From Candidatus Eiseniibacteriota bacterium (GTDB lineage: Bacteria > Eisenbacteria > RBG-16-71-46 > CAZAMP01), in NCBI GenBank assembly GCA_965224245.1, contig OZ245046.1, positions 5,536,001-5,600,000 on the forward strand: a stretch of 64,000 nt of DNA, given 5' to 3'. The translations under genes were made by a program, and so were the position numbers. The notes under the pieces are model-generated. The model was not told where the DNA came from, made no database searches, and saw only the letters and a list, made by a program, of their open reading frames with translations. This document shows, in pieces, positions 60,786 through 64,000 of the stretch (positions are counted from its first letter, which is position 1; every line of letters starts with the position of its first letter).

Positions 60786-62849
60786 GTGAGCCGCCGACGC
60801 TGGAAGCGACCGTCGCCTCGGGCGCCGGCCGTCCGGGCTCCATCGAAGGGACGCCGACCGACCGTGATCGAACGTGCAAACGCCGCGGGTCCGTGGGCTC
60901 GCGTGTGGGTCGGATACGGGGTGCCGCTCGTGCTGGCCGTGCTCCTGCGGGTGATCTTCCTCGCCGCCGACTGGGATTCGCCGTACTTCGCGGCACCGCT
61001 CGTGGACGCGAAGGAGTTCCACGACGACGCGGTGGCCGTCGCGTCGGGGGCCGGTATCGGGGATCGCCCGTACGATCGCCCCCCGTCGTTCACGTACGCG
61101 GTCGCGCTCGTCTACCGTCTCGTCGGTCCGGACATGCGTGCGGTGATCGTGCTCCAGCTCGCACTCGGGGTGGGCACCATCGCGATGGTCACGTATCTCG
61201 GACGGCGCCTCTTCGGGCCGGGAATCGGATCGCTGGGCGGAGCGCTCCTCGCGACCACGACGCTACCGATTCTGCTGGAAGGGCAGCTCCTGAACGAGAC
61301 GCTCCAGACGTTCCTCTTGACGGTGACCGCCCTGGCCGTCGTGGTCGGATCGAACGCGGATCGCACCCGCCCCGCGGGCGACGGCGCGAGCCCGCCGGGA
61401 CGTCGCCGTGCGTGGACGTTCGCGACGCTCGCCGCCGTCGCCGGCGCCGCCGCGATCCTGACCCGGCCCACGTCGGTGTTCTTCGTGGCGCCGGTGCTGG
61501 TGTGGCGCGCCCGGCACCTCCGGCGGCATGGAACCTTCGGGTGGATCCATCTCGCGCTGGTCGGCGTCCTCTTCGTCGGCGTCTCGTCCCTCGCCGCCGT
61601 TCGCAACCGGATCGTCTCCGGGGAGTGGGTGCTGGTCTCGTACAACGGCGGCATCAACTTCTTCGTCGGAAACGCCGCCAGACACCACGAGCTGATGGAC
61701 ATCCGACCGGGGCTCCGGTGGGAGCGCCTGATGCAGACCCCACGCGCCCTGGAGACGACGGGCGTGTTCCGGCACGATCCGTTTCGCGATGGGTACGCGG
61801 CCTGGGACCGCGCGTACTATCGTGCCGCGTTCGAGGACGTCGCGTCGGATCCCCCGGCCTGGATCGGGCGTCTCGCGCGAAAGGGCGCTCAGTTCTGGGC
61901 GGCACGCGAGATCGACCGCAACGTGAACCCGTCGGCGTTCATACCCACCGGATCGCTCCTGGATCGCGCGACGGTTCCGTTCGCGGTGCTCGGTCCGCTG
62001 GCGCTCGCGGGACTGATCCTCCTGGTGTGGCGACGTCCCGCCGGGTGGGGGGTCGTGGCGCTGGGGATCGGATCGGTCTGGGTGACGTGCGTGATCTTCT
62101 TCGTGACCTCGCGCTACCGGATGCCCGCGTATCCGATGATGGCGCTGGCCGCCGCGTTCACGATCGCGGAACTGGCGCGGCTTCGCACCGCCGGGTCACG
62201 TCGTGCGGGGCTGTGGGCGCTGGCGGCGCTCGCGGTGGCGGTGATTCTCGGCGTGACCGATCCCGGGCGCGCATCCCGGATCGCGCCGGCCCGGGCGAGC
62301 TACCTCGAAGGGGTCGTGATCGAGCGAACCGGTAACGTTCCGGGAGCGCTCCGACGCTACGAGCGGGCGCTGGTGGAGTACCCGGACGATCCCGACGTGA
62401 TGTTCTCGCCGACGTCGCTCTACCTGCGCCTCGGCCAGGCCGGAAGGGCGGCGGCGCTGGCCGAGCGGCTCGTGCGCGTCTTCCCCGATCATCACTCGCC
62501 GTACTTCAACCTGGGGCTGGCCTACAGCATGCTCGGTCGACCGGACGACGCAGTGGATGCCTTCACGCGGCTGCTCGAGGTGAAGCCGACGCAGACCAAG
62601 GCGCGGTATCAGCTCGGGAAGTCGCTGATCGACGCGGGTCGTCCGGAAGAGGCATTCGCACCCCTTCGGCGGGCGCAGCTCGAGGCGCCGAGCATCGTGC
62701 TCTCGACCGTGGAGATCGCACGCGCGCATGCCCTCCTCGGCGAACGAGACGCCGCGATCGCCGAGCTGCGCCGCGCATTCGCGGCCGATCCGAACGTGCG
62801 CGCCTACGCGGCCGAGTATCCCGAGCTGGTCGCGCTCCGGAACCGGTAG
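60786..62849 (+). CDS. GT-C fold (GT39/ArnT-like) membrane glycosyltransferase with C-terminal TPRs
   Basis: PLVDA..FH, PP.F.Y, LL.ETL, LTRP, NGGINFFVGN, FFV.SRYR.P; TPRs (YFNLGLAY, ARYQLG); start may be GTG 60864. Confidence 0.85.
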   Translation: MSRRRWKRPSPRAPAVRAPSKGRRPTVIERANAAGPWARVWVGYGVPLVLAVLLRVIFLAADWDSPYFAAPLVDAKEFHDDAVAVASGAGIGDRPYDRPPSFTYAVALVYRLVGPDMRAVIVLQLALGVGTIAMVTYLGRRLFGPGIGSLGGALLATTTLPILLEGQLLNETLQTFLLTVTALAVVVGSNADRTRPAGDGASPPGRRRAWTFATLAAVAGAAAILTRPTSVFFVAPVLVWRARHLRRHGTFGWIHLALVGVLFVGVSSLAAVRNRIVSGEWVLVSYNGGINFFVGNAARHHELMDIRPGLRWERLMQTPRALETTGVFRHDPFRDGYAAWDRAYYRAAFEDVASDPPAWIGRLARKGAQFWAAREIDRNVNPSAFIPTGSLLDRATVPFAVLGPLALAGLILLVWRRPAGWGVVALGIGSVWVTCVIFFVTSRYRMPAYPMMALAAAFTIAELARLRTAGSRRAGLWALAALAVAVILGVTDPGRASRIAPARASYLEGVVIERTGNVPGALRRYERALVEYPDDPDVMFSPTSLYLRLGQAGRAAALAERLVRVFPDHHSPYFNLGLAYSMLGRPDDAVDAFTRLLEVKPTQTKARYQLGKSLIDAGRPEEAFAPLRRAQLEAPSIVLSTVEIARAHALLGERDAAIAELRRAFAADPNVRAYAAEYPELVALRNR

Positions 62850-62868
62850 CGCGGGGTGACGCCGGCGC

Positions 62869-63999
62869 TCAGGTGCCCGAGACCGTCATCTCCGAGACCC
62901 GATAGGTGGGCGTCTTCATCGTGGAATCGACGATGAGGTCGTTTCCGACCGCATCCACGGCTCCGAACAGCTCGGTGAGCGGAGCCGAGATCGTGACCCG
63001 GGAGACCGGCTTCACCACCTTGCCCCACTCGATCCACAGGCCGCTGGCCGCCGCCGAGAACTCGCGGTTCGACGGATCGAGCCCGATCCACCACCCGGAG
63101 ACCCCGGTGACCCAGAAGCCCTCGCGCGTCTCGGAGAGGATCTCCATCGGCGAGCGGTCGCCGCGATCCATCAGGAGATTGTGCGCCGACATGGCGGGCA
63201 GGCTCTCGTAGCCGCTGCGCGTCGCGTTGCCCGATGGCTCGAGGCCCGTTCGAACGCTCGTGGCCAGATCCACGAGCTGTCCGCGCACGACGCCGGCGTC
63301 GACCAGCACGGTGTCACGGGTGTCGATGCCCTCGCCGTCGAACGGGGCCGATCCCGGTGCGCGCGGGCGGCGACCGTCGTCACGGATCGTCACCAGGGGA
63401 GAGCCGATGCGGGTGCCGTCCGCTCCCGCGAGCCAGGATCGCCCGCGATCGATCGCATCGCCGTCGAGCGCGCTCTGGACGTACGCGACCGGAGTCCAGC
63501 CGGTCCTGGGGGAGAAGACGATGGGCACGCGTCGCGTGCGGACCGGACCCGCGCCGAGGAGCCGGAGGGCGTCGCCGGCCGCTTCCCGACCGAACGAGGC
63601 GGGCGCGGGCACCTCGCCCCAGTTCGTGACCGCGACCGAGCGCGTGCCCGGCTGCTTGTCGGTGTCACGCTCGGCAACGACCTCGATCGACGGTGCGATC
63701 CGGGATCGTCGAAAGTGACGCCGGAGCCCCCGTGTGTTCCCGAGCCAGATCGACCAGCGGCTCTCGGTGAGGGTGCACTGCTCGGTACGCCGCACCAGGG
63801 GATCCATGCCCCGTGCCGCCTGCTCGGCCGTCGTGAGCCAGTCCACACGGGACTCGATCGACCGCGACTCCAGGGACGGATCCATCAGCGACAACGCCTC
63901 GCCCTCGTCCGGCCACTCGCCGTCGTCTCCCGGCCCCGGCTCTCGGCCGGTGGGTGGACTCGACGGCGGCGCGAGCACGAGATCGTCTCGCTTGCCGGC
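62869..63999 (-). CDS. pmbA: TldD/PmbA family protein (PmbA-like), 5'-truncated by window
   Basis: IGS.LVTI.DD, FDGEG, SGNA.R, GFWVT..SG, FS..ASG.WIE.G, VGNDL, MTVSG. Confidence 0.88.
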   Translation of the reverse strand, partial: AGKRDDLVLAPPSSPPTGREPGPGDDGEWPDEGEALSLMDPSLESRSIESRVDWLTTAEQAARGMDPLVRRTEQCTLTESRWSIWLGNTRGLRRHFRRSRIAPSIEVVAERDTDKQPGTRSVAVTNWGEVPAPASFGREAAGDALRLLGAGPVRTRRVPIVFSPRTGWTPVAYVQSALDGDAIDRGRSWLAGADGTRIGSPLVTIRDDGRRPRAPGSAPFDGEGIDTRDTVLVDAGVVRGQLVDLATSVRTGLEPSGNATRSGYESLPAMSAHNLLMDRGDRSPMEILSETREGFWVTGVSGWWIGLDPSNREFSAAASGLWIEWGKVVKPVSRVTISAPLTELFGAVDAVGNDLIVDSTMKTPTYRVSEMTVSGT

Positions 64000-64000
64000 G

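Overview
Very GC-rich bacterial chromosomal window with about 50 supportable CDS. No rRNA, tRNA, CRISPR array, transposase or integrase was recognised. Five secreted proteins end in a FlgD-Ig/T9SS-CTD-like tail, which suggests an FCB-group lineage such as Eisenbacteria, Krumholzibacteriota or Latescibacterota (inference). Contents from left to right: (1) secreted M1 aminopeptidase; (2) Ser/Thr kinase, GAF/sigma54 activator and a small secreted protein; (3) sigma54-driven TusE/DsrC + DsrE2 sulfur-relay pair with visible promoter and enhancer repeats; (4) arsM and a run of small modifying enzymes, interrupted by a secreted protein with four ~170-aa Cys-containing repeats; (5) a tightly coupled candidate N-glycan foraging operon (CBM9-like, Na+/solute symporter, PNGase F-like, GH130, GH38) headed by an exosortase-associated membrane protein; (6) an exosortase H-like gene with a candidate substrate carrying a variant APSMG sorting signal; (7) kinase-ATPase-TPR, pfkA and STAS; (8) three LVIVD/choice-of-anchor-B paralogs around a small acidic secreted protein with a consensus sigma54 promoter; (9) copA and a kinase-ECF sigma pair; (10) a TatT-containing TRAP (TPAT) transporter, a palindromic tandem repeat, a GT-C/TPR protein and a partial pmbA. 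The strongest candidate for an undescribed system is the exosortase cassette joined to the N-glycan operon (25116-34892). All assignments come from motif reading by eye; no database search was run.
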